NCBI RefSeq assembly: GCF_001194135.2
Contig: NC_068991.1
Span: 11,533,818 to 11,597,817, forward strand
Direction: 5' to 3'
Source: Octopus bimaculoides
Lineage: Eukaryota
Length of the DNA: 64,000 nt
Positions within the stretch are counted from its first letter, which is position 1; each line of letters opens with the position of its first letter. Below are positions 62,995 to 64,000 of this stretch, piece after piece. A program made the position numbers and the translations under genes. The notes beneath the pieces are model-generated. The model had not been told where the DNA came from and did not search any database. It worked only from the letters and a program-made list of their open reading frames with translations.

Positions 62995-63132
62995 GCGTTT
63001 GTTGAAAAGTAACAACAGCTTACTTTAAAACACATTTATTAGGTGCATGTTGAGAGAAGTGCATTCATGTTTAAATGTCAGACAATATAATTGCTCGTAT
63101 GCAGACGTGACGAACTATAAACACTGATAATT

Positions 63133-63164
<32 letters not shown>

Positions 63165-63219
63165 CATGATGATGGTGATGATGATCAAGGTGGAGAATAA
63201 TAGCAATAATGATAATAAC

Positions 63220-63275
<56 letters not shown>

Positions 63276-63489
63276 CTAGTGATGCCTCAAAGACTACCGA
63301 ATTCAAGAAGTGAAGGAAAGAAAATAGAACCAGCAAAGAGAAAGAAATGAAAATACATTAACGATTTATGCAGCAAACCGAAAGTGCTGGAAGTAAAGAA
63401 CGTTGGCATTAGCTAATGGACGGAAAATGAGAAGGAGAAACACTAATTATAGCCGCTCAGTAACAAGACATTAGAACGAAGCTGAAAAG

Positions 63490-63620
63490 GTAATGATTGC
63501 TCAAGCTCAATCTGACTGCAAATATAGAATTTGCAGGAAAGAAGACGGAAATATCATCCATCTCTTGAATGAGTGTAGTATACTAGCACAAAAAGAGTAT
63601 AAACATAAGCATGACTGTTT
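63490..63620 (+). mobile_element. Second R4/Dong-like fragment (CCHC region)
   Basis: KYRICRKEDGNIIHLLNECSILAQKEYKHKHD aligns with KCRICGQNVDSRWHITRQCTLLAQKEYKRHHD at about 5470-5565. Confidence 0.7.
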
Positions 63621-64000
63621 CTGCACGCAATCGTCCAGTGCCCGAGCATTGCTGACCTATGGATTTATGTCGAACACTTGCTGTCGCGTGTAGGACGGAT
63701 CCGGCTATCAGCTGAATCCATAGTGAAGATTGGCCTGCTGCCCTCCTTTGGCCGGGAGTGGTACGCAGTTTGTATTTGTCTGGTGGCAGTAGCGAAAGAG
63801 GTAGTGTAGTGGGCACGCTTGAAAGGACTAAAGGCAGATACTTTCGTATTTGGCCAAGCCCTCATAAACTTTTTCAAGCTTCACTTAAAATGGAAAATGA
63901 GGGTAGAGAGGGAAGTGTTGCCCTCTAGCAGATTTGTTGAAAGGTGGGTGAATGTCGGGAAAATGACGTGTGTGAAAGGACTGCACCTGTAAAAAATAAA

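Overview
Repeat-saturated, AT-rich eukaryotic genomic DNA with many N-gaps that mostly abut (TA)n, (CA)n, (AAT)n or (GAT)n microsatellites, typical of a short-read assembly. The tRNA-headed SINE families and microsatellite load resemble an octopod cephalopod genome (inference, not checked). I find no intact protein-coding gene; most listed ORFs are microsatellite or N read-throughs. Supported content: (1) at least three tRNA-derived SINE families, called A, B and C here, including a dimeric SINE with a target-site duplication (TSD); (2) decayed transposon coding fragments: two R4/Dong-like, three CR1-like, an RTE-like zinc-finger 3' end, a Penelope-like C-terminus, a Helitron Pif1 helicase and a Tigger/pogo transposase; (3) several MITE/foldback elements. 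Two things stand out. First, five hammerhead-ribozyme-like motifs in four unrelated repeat families, one with a nearly complete type I fold, in the same window as a Penelope-like remnant. Second, a diverged duplicated ~450-bp non-coding module (15.2 kb and 21.0 kb) that keeps paired CCAAT boxes exactly 31 bp apart, an identical 21-mer and an inverted TGTCAA-N25-TTGACA pair; a third, unrelated 31-bp CCAAT pair lies at 33.1 kb. All family assignments come from motif recognition by eye, without database searches.
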